From positions 67,642,001-67,706,000 of the forward strand of contig OX597831.1 in NCBI GenBank assembly GCA_951406725.2: a stretch of DNA of 64,000 bases, in the 5' to 3' direction. The notes below the pieces were generated by a model. That model did not search any database and was not told where the DNA came from. It worked only from the letters and a program-made list of their open reading frames with translations. Positions 53,167 through 64,000 of the stretch are shown piece after piece; the first letter of the stretch is position 1, and each line of letters begins with the position of its first letter. Both the position numbers and the translations under genes were made by a program. This DNA comes from Octopus vulgaris. Taxonomy: Eukaryota.

Positions 53167-53558
53167 GTATCACTTAGGTTGACGAGGGAAGATGACCTCC
53201 CTTTGCAAATACCTTTGGGCACAGAAAGTGTGCCTAAAGCCAGCTGGAGACGATGTTCTCCTGGGGCTACAAGCTACAGTAACACCCACCCTTAGTGGTT
53301 AGCCATATTGAGATGGCAAATATCTCTCACTTTGTATATTTTGCTTTTGGTTTATATTGAGGACACTTTCCAATGTACATTTCATTATAGAACAACTGCT
53401 TTGGAATCCTATTATCCATCATGTGCACAACATCGCCTGCCCAACGCATCTGTGTAGATATGATGAATGTCTGGATGCTTGTGCATCCTGCCTTTGCATA
53501 CTTACATATATACAGACATATGTACATACATATATACAGACACACATATATACATATA

Positions 53559-53940
53559 GGCGCAGGCGTGGCTGAAGTGGTACGAAGATTGCTTTTCGGA
53601 AACATTCTACGTTCAGTCCCACTGCGTGACACCTTGGACAGGTGTCTTCTACTATACCTCAAAACCAAGCAAAGCCTTGTGAGAAGATTTGGCTGACGGA
53701 AACTGAAGCCCGTCGTATATATACAAATACACACACACACACACATACATCCATACATCCATACATACATGTGTACATGCACACAGACACACATATATGT
53801 GTGTATGTATGCGTATATAAATATATATATATATATGTGTGTGTGTGTATGTGTGTGTGAATATGAGTCTATGCTTGTGTAACTTTGTGTGTGTTCTGTT
53901 TGTCCCCCACCAGTGCTTGACAACCAATGTTGATTTGTGT
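53559..53940 (+). mobile_element. SINE family A, older copy, 3'-truncated
   Basis: Diverged head and body with an expanded internal microsatellite. Confidence 0.8.
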
Positions 53941-54715
53941 AGGTCTGATGTGGTAACTCTGTTAGGGCTCCTGCCATGAGTAAATTTGTATGCTTCGGGA
54001 TTGCCTCAGGAAAAGGGGGCACCCCACAGACACCACAACAGATCCAGGGCAAATGAGGTTTTCCAACTCTTTAGCTGCTCATCAAAGAGCTGGTAATTCC
54101 ATACAAATCCTGCACCCTGGTAACTGTCGGTCTCGGGGCGCTTGTACCAGTGCACCACAAGTGTGAAGGATGTGAGAATGGGGCTGGCTCTGTACAAAAC
54201 ATGCTCACTCTAATAACATTCAAAAGCTCCCTTCTTAAGTCCAATACTGTGCAGCTATGCCGAAGAGAGTCCACCTTATGCATATTCAAACATGCATTCC
54301 TTCATTTACACCCCCCCACACACACATGACAAAGCCTTTTTACTCAGGTCTCATCTCCCCTCAAGTAGCAGTAGGTGACAACGGACATAGCCTTCTCTCT
54401 CTCCTTCTTCCCCTCCTCATTCACATTATTTTAAACTCTTTTTAACCAAACTTTACTCTGCTTACTTATCTTTGATTTACTGCTTCATTCTCTTCCTTCA
54501 TTTATCCTTTCTCTTAATTTCTATATCATTTTCATTCTCCAATGGCTTTTCTTTTGCACCCCTCCCCCCACCTCTCTCGCTGTTTCATTCCCGGTCATTT
54601 TTGTTCCCTTTTGACTAAATACTTCTCTCACTCTCTTCTCTCGTTTCCTCTTTTTTCCTCTCAGCTTGTCTGTGTCGATATGTCCGACTGCTTATCTATC
54701 CATCCGTCCACCTCA

Positions 54716-54805
<90 letters not shown>

Positions 54806-54839
54806 GTATATATGTATATATGTATGTATGTATGTATAC

Positions 54840-54930
<91 letters not shown>

Positions 54931-54997
54931 TATGTATGTATGTATATATACATACATATATATATATATGTATATAAATATGTATGTATGTATATAT

Positions 54998-55070
<73 letters not shown>

Positions 55071-55120
55071 CATACATACATACATATACGTATATGTATA
55101 TATAGTCATACATATATGCG
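54716..55120. repeat. Long compound (TA)n/(TATG)n/(TG)n microsatellite (one of dozens in the window)
   Basis: Direct reading. Confidence 0.95.
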
Positions 55121-55769
55121 TGTATGTACGCTTGTGTCTGTGTGTACGTGCGTGCGTGTGTATGTATATATGCATTAAAATGTGTCTGTCAATCAATCTA
55201 TCTATACATATACGTATTCATGTACGTATACACGCGCGCGTGCGCGCACACACATACAAGTACCGACTCTGTTTATTTTGTATCTTACTTTAGTCTTTCC
55301 TCTTTTGTCTCCACTCATCTGTCTCGCTATAAACGTTTTTTTTTTTCATGTTTCTCTCCTCTCTTTATCTGCCTCCTTTCGTTACTTTCACTATCGCCTC
55401 TTTTCCTTCTCTCTTGCGCTTTCAATTAGCCTTTCACTCTCTCTCTCTCCCTCTTACCTCATTTATTTCTCTTACACTGGCGGAATTAATTTCACGCAGT
55501 CTAAATTTCTGGTGTTACACCGTCTCTTAGTATCTTTAACGGAATACCACGGTACACGCTTTTCTATACACAAAATATTCATTACAAATCAAGGAACTTT
55601 AAAAATGCCCGGGATAGAAAATAAAGAGAAACGGAGGTAAGTGTTCTCAGGCAACCATGTCTTTTGATTAATTTTGTTTTCTCGTTATTATTGTCATTAT
55701 TTAAATTTATACTTTTTTATATCTTTTATTTCATTGGCCAGCACTATTATTATTGTTTTGAAGAGTCGT

Positions 55770-55940
55770 TGGAGCGTCGCTCAAAATGCTTTGCGGTATT
55801 TCTTCCGACTTTCTACATTCTGAGTTCAAACACTCATCGAGGTCGATAAAACCCGACGAGGTCGATAAAAATAAAGTACCAGTTAAACACTGGGGTCGAT
55901 GTTAACGACTAAGCCCCCTCCCATCAAAACTGCTGGCCTT
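55770..55940 (+). mobile_element. SINE family B, degenerate
   Basis: aatgctttgcggtattt..ttctgagttcaaa..aagtaccagtt..cactggggtcgat. Confidence 0.7.
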
Positions 55941-56438
55941 GTTATCATTCCATTTTCGGGTATCATTTCTTACTTTCTTGGGGGAAGGGGATTCATAACA
56001 CGCGCTACTGGTGTTGCTTCTACTACTACTAATACCACTACTACTACTGCAACAAACAACAACATCATCATCATCATCATCATCAACAACAACAATTATA
56101 ATAATAGCTTCAAATTTCGGCACAAGGCCAGAACAATTATAATGGCAATGCCTTGCGATTATAAGAACAGTTGCTATAGTGGTTGTGGACGTAATAGCAG
56201 TAGTAACAGTAGAAGCAGCAGTAGTAATATAGCGGAAATATTCATCGAAGAGGGAAGAATATGTAAGACGATATATAAAAGAAAAGAGAATTCGTCTAGA
56301 GAGAAAGGATCTGAAATACAGAAAATGAAAATAAAAAAAAGGAGAGCCAGAGATTTTGGATGAGATGTGGAATAGAACAGAGATAAAGCAACGTAAAGTC
56401 GTAAGAAGCTTAGAGAACGAGAATAAAATTGAAAGGAA

Positions 56439-56496
<58 letters not shown>

Positions 56497-57407
56497 CATG
56501 AATGTATACACACACAGACATACATATACATGTATGAAGACTTACGAACAGGGAGTGAGAGAGCGAGAAAGAAAGAGGATGGAGAGAAGCAGAATTGAAC
56601 GAAATTTGGCTTACAGGACGTTGCAAGTGTCTTTGAAGAATATATATTTTCTAAATTTCTGTCTTTGTGAGACGAACACTACATGTTGCTAGTCTTGTTT
56701 TTTCTTCAATTATAAACATGTCTATAAACGCATCTACTGCTCTTATATCAGTTTATTTATTTCATGCCAATCTTTGTGTTTGTTATTCAATTATGTAAAA
56801 ACTTTGTCTGCCCTTTCTGTGTATTTCTTTTTCTTTTCTGTATAAGTTGCACAGGTAAGGAATGTTACAACACGATACAAGGATAAATAAAAATAATAAT
56901 GCCATAATGAATAGTGAAATTAACGCCGAAAGCGAAAGTAGAGAAACTATTGCACTGATTGGCCATGCTTTACAGGCCGGCAAAGCTGTTTACACGGTAT
57001 CGTAGCAGAATGACAGATGGATTCAGCTGGTCGAATGAACAACTATCGGACGGATTCTAAACAATGTAAATAAAAAGAAACGCAAAGAAAAGAGTCGAAA
57101 TAAAACAGTGAAAGATATAAATATTGAGTAAGAGGTATACATAAAAAACCCCCCCAGAAAAAAACGTTTCGTAATATTAGTAACATTGATGTTGTGGATG
57201 GGAACCGGTGCATCGGTGAGATGTTAGTCTTGCAGGGATTTTGGACACAGCTATGAATGCGTTATTGTAGCAGTAGCTGTAATTCTTAATCATATGCACA
57301 TACACGTACACACACTCGTACATACTTGCGCGTGTGTGCGTATATATATGTGTGTGTGTGTGTGATACATGCTAAAGAAAACACCTACCTATATATATCT
57401 ATATCTA

Positions 57408-57509
<102 letters not shown>

Positions 57510-57513
57510 TCTA

Positions 57514-57553
<40 letters not shown>

Positions 57554-57739
57554 TCTATAAATTCACAGTTGTACACATATGCACATACACACAATTTATA
57601 TGCGTGTATGCATATGCTGACATGCATACAACCACATATACACAATTGTATAGAGAAAACGTCAACACATCTATTGCTGTTTTCCGTTTCTCTTCCGTCT
57701 ACGTAAAATAGTAACATTACTACATCTACAATTGTTGAT

Positions 57740-57780
57740 TGTTACGGTTGTAGTTGTCGCCGACATTGTTATTATTATTA

Positions 57781-57847
<67 letters not shown>

Positions 57848-57942
57848 TATCATTATTATTATCATTATTATTATTACTATCATTTTTATTATTATTTTTA
57901 TTATTATTATTATCATTATTATTATTACTATTATTTTTATTA

Positions 57943-58000
<58 letters not shown>

Positions 58001-58023
58001 CATTATTATTATCATTATTATTA

Positions 58024-58071
<48 letters not shown>

Positions 58072-58081
58072 TATTATTATC

Positions 58082-58137
<56 letters not shown>

Positions 58138-58147
58138 TATTATTATC

Positions 58148-58191
<44 letters not shown>

Positions 58192-58486
58192 CGTTGTTGT
58201 TGTTGTTGTTATTATTATTATTATTATTGGGCCAAATTTTGCAACTGTTGTTGTTATTATTGAGGCGGCGAGCTGGCAGAATCGTTAGCACGCCGGGCAG
58301 AATGCTCAGCGGTATTTCGTCTGTCTTTATGTTCTGAGTCCAAAAATCCGCCAAGATCGAGTTTGTCTTTCATCCTTTTTTGGGTCGATAAATGAAGTAC
58401 CAGTCAAGTACTGAGGTCAATGTAATCAACTATCCACCCCCACCAAAACATTTCAGGCCTTCTGCCTATTATAGAAAGGACTACTA

Positions 58487-58547
<61 letters not shown>

Positions 58548-58652
58548 GTTACGGTTGTAATTGTCGACATTGTTACTACTACTACTACTACTACTACTAT
58601 TACTACTACTACTACTACCTACTAACTACTACTACTACTACTACTACTACTA

Positions 58653-58707
<55 letters not shown>

Positions 58708-58736
58708 GTTACGGTTGTAGTTGTTGTCGACATTGT

Positions 58737-58780
<44 letters not shown>
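57740..58780. repeat. (ATT/ATC)n and (ACT)n trinucleotide arrays with a repeated ~30-bp spacer
   Basis: tgttacggttgta(g/a)ttg..cgacattgtta at ~57740, ~58546 and ~58706. Confidence 0.9.
58264..58480 (+). mobile_element. SINE family B variant
   Basis: ggcggcgagctggcagaatcgttagcacgccgggc head; the tail differs from the 62508 copy. Confidence 0.85.
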
Positions 58781-59045
58781 GAACGACTTTCCTAAACTTT
58801 ATTTTCGGTATTTCTTTTTTTTTTATATGGAAAACAAAAGTCATTAAGATCTTTGATTAAACTTTCATGATTTATGTATGTATTTCTACACGTGTAGAGA
58901 GAGAGGGAGAGAAAGAGAGAGAGAGAGATAAAAAGGGGAAATGTCTTACTTATTTGAGGAATATGGAAATATTTACAAATCATTTCCTTTAATTTTGTCT
59001 TCAATTTAATTGTTTTCTTAATTAATAGCCACTTTTGTCTTACTC

Positions 59046-59083
59046 TTAGTTGAAAAAGTCGAAAAGAGTGAAACCGGTACTAA
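59046..59083 (+). ncRNA. Minimal hammerhead ribozyme, U3:A8 core variant
   Basis: TTAG-TTGAAAA-AGTC-GAAAA-GAGT-GAAA-CCGG-TA-CTAA, within a solo copy (~58960-59185) of the 4868 repeat arm. Confidence 0.7.
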
Positions 59084-59481
59084 CCGTTACAAAATGCATT
59101 TCATGATAAAATTATTTTAGCATTTTCCACCTTGTCTTATTTTCCTTAAACATATCAACTCGTGTACTACTTTTCAAACTTACATACCTACATACATACA
59201 TACATACATACATACATACATACATACATACATACATACATACATACATACATGCATGCATGCATGCATACATACATAATACATACATACATACATACAT
59301 ACATGCATACATACATGCATGCATGCATACATGCATGCATGCATGCATACATGCATACATACATGCATACATACATGCATACATACATGCATGCATGCAT
59401 ACATGCATACATACATACACATACAAATATACATACATACATGCATACATACATACATACATACATACATACATACATACA

Positions 59482-59516
<35 letters not shown>

Positions 59517-59559
59517 TTTCAATGAAAACTGTCCGACGAACGGGAACGTGAAAATTTGA

Positions 59560-61375
59560 GAAGCAGTTTTTTGTAATGTTTTTGTCGCTTTAATAATAAA
59601 GCATATTGCCCTACTTCCGGTTTTCGAATACTATTTTTCTCACCTTGTTTCACATCTATCTGTTTACTCTAGTAGACATATATATATAATATTTCGGAAT
59701 AACCATTCTTTTTCTTTTGCCAAATAAACACACACACTATATATATTAGTTCTTCACACATTTATTACTATTCCTATTTTATTTAATGTCCATTGTCCGG
59801 AAAGCTTTCGTCACACTTATGTGACCTCTTCAGCGACCCTTTCCACCCACGTGTGCCCTCCTGCTCCGCTTAGTCCATTCTGTCCTTCTATGATGTGTTT
59901 CCTTATCCGCGCATGCGGCTGCGTCTGTAATAACTATGTGTGTATGTGTACATGTGTGTGCGTGCGTGGGTACGCATGTTTATGTGTTTCGCATGTCTGC
60001 TTGACCCTTACTTTCGATATTGTTCTTGTATCCCTCTGTGTCTGTGTGTTCATTCACGCTGCTGCCATCGTGGCTGTTGGTGTTCGTGTTGTTGTTGTTG
60101 CGGCTGTTAGTGAAGTTACTGAATGTGTGTTTGTGCGTGTATATGGGCTTGCTTACTATGTTGTTTGTATCCGTACCCTTTATAGAAGTTTCTTTATTTT
60201 ATTTTTTTCTTTGCTTATGTATCTCTATTTCTTATAGTTATTATAAGTATGTGCATGTTTGTTATTTTTGTGTGTTTTACACCGTTTGTATTTGTTTTTT
60301 CCCTTCCGCTTTAGTTGTCGTGTTGCGTGGTTTGTTATTGTTCCATTCGTGTTTTCTATTGAGGCTTGGTCTGTCTATTACTATGTGTGTGGCTTCTGTA
60401 ATCTAAGTGTCGTGTCAGTTCTATATGTTCAACCGAACCTCTATGTTCTACCTGAGCATGTTGGTAGAGCACTGGTGAGCTTTTCTTCTCTTTGAACCCC
60501 CCGCCAGTGTTCACCTATTCCCTGCTCTATATTACGTGCCGTCTCCCCTATGTAAGTTGTCTTGTTTCTGCACCGCCCTTCAGTACACCGTAAGCTATAA
60601 ACTATGTTTCTAATCTTGCAGTTAACAAGTGGGTTCATATTATACAACTGTTCTCCGTACATGGGGACCTATCGAAGAGATATACTTTACTGATCAGGGA
60701 TTTTATGGGGGTTCCAGCCCTTTCTACTACTTTAATCCGTAGATTTACCTTATGCAATGCTTTTCTAAAAACGTATGCTAGTTCGCCGCCGGTGGGGAGC
60801 ATCAACGAACACGACACTCTGGTATTTTTTGTTGTCATAGCCTGAGTTGACCTTATGTATCTTTTTCATGATCTTTTTCGTGTTGTTTCAGGATTTACTC
60901 CTGTATAGCAGGCAGATCCCATTTGCATCACTATGATAGCCTTGTGCCTAGCCCTGGCTCCTTTGTAAACGCTAATCCTGTTTCTTTGGTTGTAGCCAGA
61001 TAATCATATGCAGTGGATGAAGTGTTGTATGTGTCTTCCCAATTCTACAGGGTCGCACATGCGGGACACATTCCTTATTACTCTCACCAAGTCCACTATT
61101 AGAATAATGAACTTGGCGTTGTCTGCAATAGCTGCGTTCTTGTGGACAAAGTATTTAGATGCCATGGGTTTGGCATCGATATTATCTTGTGGGGGATGCT
61201 TTGGTCACTATGTTGATATCATCCACATAGCGGGAGAACATGGTTAAGATGATGGAGTTTTCTGTTAATCAGTCTTTGAGTCTCCTATCCCACCATACCA
61301 TAAATAGGTTAGCCACATCGCCAGCGATACTGACACCGATGGCTGCACCTTCCTCTTGGGCGTATATGTTGTTAT
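59560..61375 (-). mobile_element. Penelope-like element, internally deleted and decayed
   Basis: YAQEEGAAIGVSIAGDVANLFMVWWDR and YVDDIN (RT); CKIRNIVYSLRC..YIGETARN..EH (GIY-YIG); HHR in the 3' region. Confidence 0.85.
59795..59837 (-). ncRNA. Minimal hammerhead ribozyme of the 59560-61375 PLE
   Basis: Minus: GTCG-CTGAAGA-G-GTCACA-TAAG-TGTGAC-GAAA-GC-TTTC-CGGAC. Confidence 0.75.
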
Positions 61376-61820
61376 TCAATTTGAATTTCTGGATAATGGA
61401 CATAAGATAAAATAAGAATAGTGATAAACGAGTGAAGAACGAGTATATAGTGTGTGTTTATTTGGCAAAAGAAAACAATAATGACCACTCCGAAATATAA
61501 CGGCACCTATTTCAATACACAGTTTCATAACAAGAATCTTGCAACACAAAGAATCACTCAAAACCTCAGGCTCTTTGCTGTTTCTTCACTTGACGTATCT
61601 GTCTTCATAGTGACCATCCCGAATTGGTTTTCTTTTCGGATTTTGTTTGTTTTTTTGTTTTTTTGTTTCGTTTTTCATGCTTTATAATTCTATGCGTTTC
61701 AGGTTGGTGCATTCGCCCATTAGATTCTGTGTATTTATCTTTTTGTCAGCTCTTTACCTCATAATTTTACTCGTGTTATCTGTGTGATTTTGTGGACATG
61801 TGCACACACACACACGCGCG

Positions 61821-61854
<34 letters not shown>

Positions 61855-62303
61855 TACATATAGATAGACAACAAAGTAAAAACGAATACTAAATGTAAAA
61901 CTGAATGTATGTATGTATGTATTTATGTATGTATGTATGTATGTATTTATGTATGTATGTATGTATGTATGTATGTATGAGACACATTCACACACAAATA
62001 ATCATTTGTAGGATTCATTAGAATCTGGGTATTTTAACGTTCAGGACGCCGAGAAAAATCGAGTTACTCATGTACGTCGAAGTATCATGTATATATAACA
62101 CAATATACGCGTATATATACGAATACACTCACTCACACACACACACAAACACACACACACCTACATACATGCTCGCACACACGCACGCACACACACAAAC
62201 ACACAGACAGACACACTCACACACACACACACACATACATACATACTCGCACACACACAAACACACAGACATACACTCACACACACACACACCTACATAC
62301 ATG

Positions 62304-62342
<39 letters not shown>

Positions 62343-62374
62343 GCATGGTTTTTAAAAGGTTTATAACAACTATT

Positions 62375-63720
62375 TAAGGGCAGGTAGTATCGCATTGAAA
62401 TTTTGTGGCAGGTGCTGATGATGAGGGTTACATCTTCCACACAGCATAGCCGATATTCTATTATAACGTAGAGGTTGAGTGGTATCTTTGTCTCTCTCGT
62501 TAATCAGGAGCTGGCAGAAACGTTAAGCACGCCGGGCGAAATGCTTAAAGGTATTTCGTCTGCCGCTACGTTCTGAGTTCAAATTCCGCCGAGGTCCACT
62601 TTGCCTTTCATCCTTTCGGGGTCGATTAAATAAGTACCAGTTACGCACTGGGGTCGATATAATCGACTTAATCCGTCTGTCTGTCCTTGTTTGTCCTTTC
62701 TGTGTTTAGCCCCTTGTGGGTAGTAAAGAAATAGGTATTTAATAGCTACGTCTTATTCCTGTGTGGGATGTAATATATCTATCACAGGTTCAGGAGAGGC
62801 TGTTCTTCCTATCAATGTTGCTGTTATCCTTTAAGTTGCGGGGCATGGGCCCATACATTGCTTTTTGGTATGATGCGTGCTTCTCTCCTAAGCTTTTGTT
62901 AGGTAGGCTAGCCCCAGTCTCCTTAGGGTTGTATGAGACTGTTGTATTCTCAGAGTACCTTCTCAGCAGTTCTCTTTTGCTCTCACTTTTGAGTACGCAT
63001 TTAAGTACTCGTTTCTTTCCTTATTGTTCAGTAGGAGTTGTTTGATTGCTGCAATGTGACATTCAAATGCTGTTTGAACTGACTGTATACCTCAAAGATC
63101 ATTTCTTCATCTCACATAAATCCTATCGGTGTCGCCGTTGTGAAAGTTGCTAGTGGAGGTTAATATCTTTCTGGTTTTGATGCCCAGACTGCAGATCTCA
63201 TCAAGTGTCCAGGTCAATATACCAAATGTTGGTACTAGCACGGGTACTGCAAAGGCATTGTGAGACAAGGTCTTGTTAAATGCATACAACTCTGAGTTCT
63301 GTATTTTCTAGGGTCTACAGAAATACTCTTTTGTTACCTGGCTTAAGTCACAACGTCAACATATGCACATTCTTATCGACATTCCTTCCTCAATTGATTA
63401 TATACACATTCTGGTCGACAGTCCTTCCTCAATTGATTATCATGTATGCGCATCTATCTTGACCAAACTACATCCCAATGTCCCGTGAAAATTTTGTGAC
63501 TAGTTCTAATTGTCTCTTGATGTTGTTCATGTTACCAGAATATAACTTTAGGTCATCTACAAGAAACGTGTGGGTGATATTTAATTTTATTCTTTTCAGC
63601 ATATCCCAGCATGTCTCGGCATTTTGCTAACAGGGCTAACAAGGGGTTCAGTGCCAGCCCAAACAACACTACAGATAAACTATTACCCGGGAATATGCCT
63701 TGTTGATAGCTTAATTCAGC
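62375..63720 (-). mobile_element. R4/Dong-like LINE RT fragment, decayed
   Basis: QGIFPGNSLSVVLFGLALNPL, FLVDDLKLY, NAFAVPVLVPTFGILTW..IKTRKIL..DRIYV, EDVTLIISTC..RYYLP. Confidence 0.8.
62508..62740 (+). mobile_element. SINE family B, full length, nested in the R4-like relic
   Basis: gagctggcagaaacgtt..gagttcaaattcc (B box)..aagaaataggtattt. Confidence 0.9.
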
Positions 63721-64000
63721 TACAAACAACAATTTCAAATTATATCCTTTTTTTTTTATAACCCTAACTCCAAAATATTTTTTAAATTTTAATTTTGTCC
63801 TGATTAAATCGAGAAATACATGCATGCAGTGAATAAGTTAATAGTGAAATATAACGAAATATATGAAGCAGAATAAGTAATAGTGAAATAAGTGTAAATA
63901 CAAATGCATGTAGTATATTAAATATATATTGTTCACATATAGCGTATGATATATTTATTGATTAGATTTACTAATGAGTAAAAGGAGATAACTCATTCGA

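Larger units (their letters stand above)
53016..53213. repeat. Near-perfect 93/92-bp inverted repeat, 13-nt loop
   Basis: Arms 53016-53108 and 53122-53213 differ by only about one indel and one mismatch. Confidence 0.97.
52560..53495 (-). mobile_element. RTE LINE 3' end, interrupted by a hammerhead hairpin insert
   Basis: TQMRWAGDVVHMMDNRIPKQLFY..GKCPQYKPK (53330-53490), continuing at 52945 and below. Confidence 0.7.

Noticed and set aside
53960-54230. Minus-strand peptide LENLICPGSVVVS, reminiscent of Merlin/IS1595 transposase
   Set aside because: One short motif only, with no catalytic residues or TIRs.

Overview
AT-rich eukaryotic, repeat-saturated non-genic DNA. It is most likely octopus (cephalopod), an inference from the tRNA-derived SINE families and the extreme (TA)n/(CA)n/(TACA)n/(TCTA)n microsatellite load. 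I found no credible host protein-coding exon. Nearly all ORF-track entries are microsatellite translations, and the few real coding traces are decayed transposons: three Penelope-like elements (PLEs; RT + GIY-YIG) plus fragments, RTE, R4/Dong-type and CR1/Jockey-type LINE pieces, mariner/Tc1 relics, and a Helitron with two complete non-autonomous Helitrons. The main non-obvious signal is about 18 minimal type-I hammerhead ribozyme (HHR) motifs from about 9 sequence families. Ten of them form five inverted pairs, all with the same outward polarity, and four of these pairs sit in foldback elements with no ORF. Highlights are a ~200-bp near-perfect hairpin with an intact HHR on each strand (53016-53213), a family with a compensatory U3:A8 catalytic core and covarying stems (4925/5437/59046), a candidate with a ~100-nt stem-II insertion (47859) and an A6U family. 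PLE-associated minimal HHRs are established biology. The specific variants and ORF-less inverted arrangements are read from the sequence; their activity and novelty are untested.
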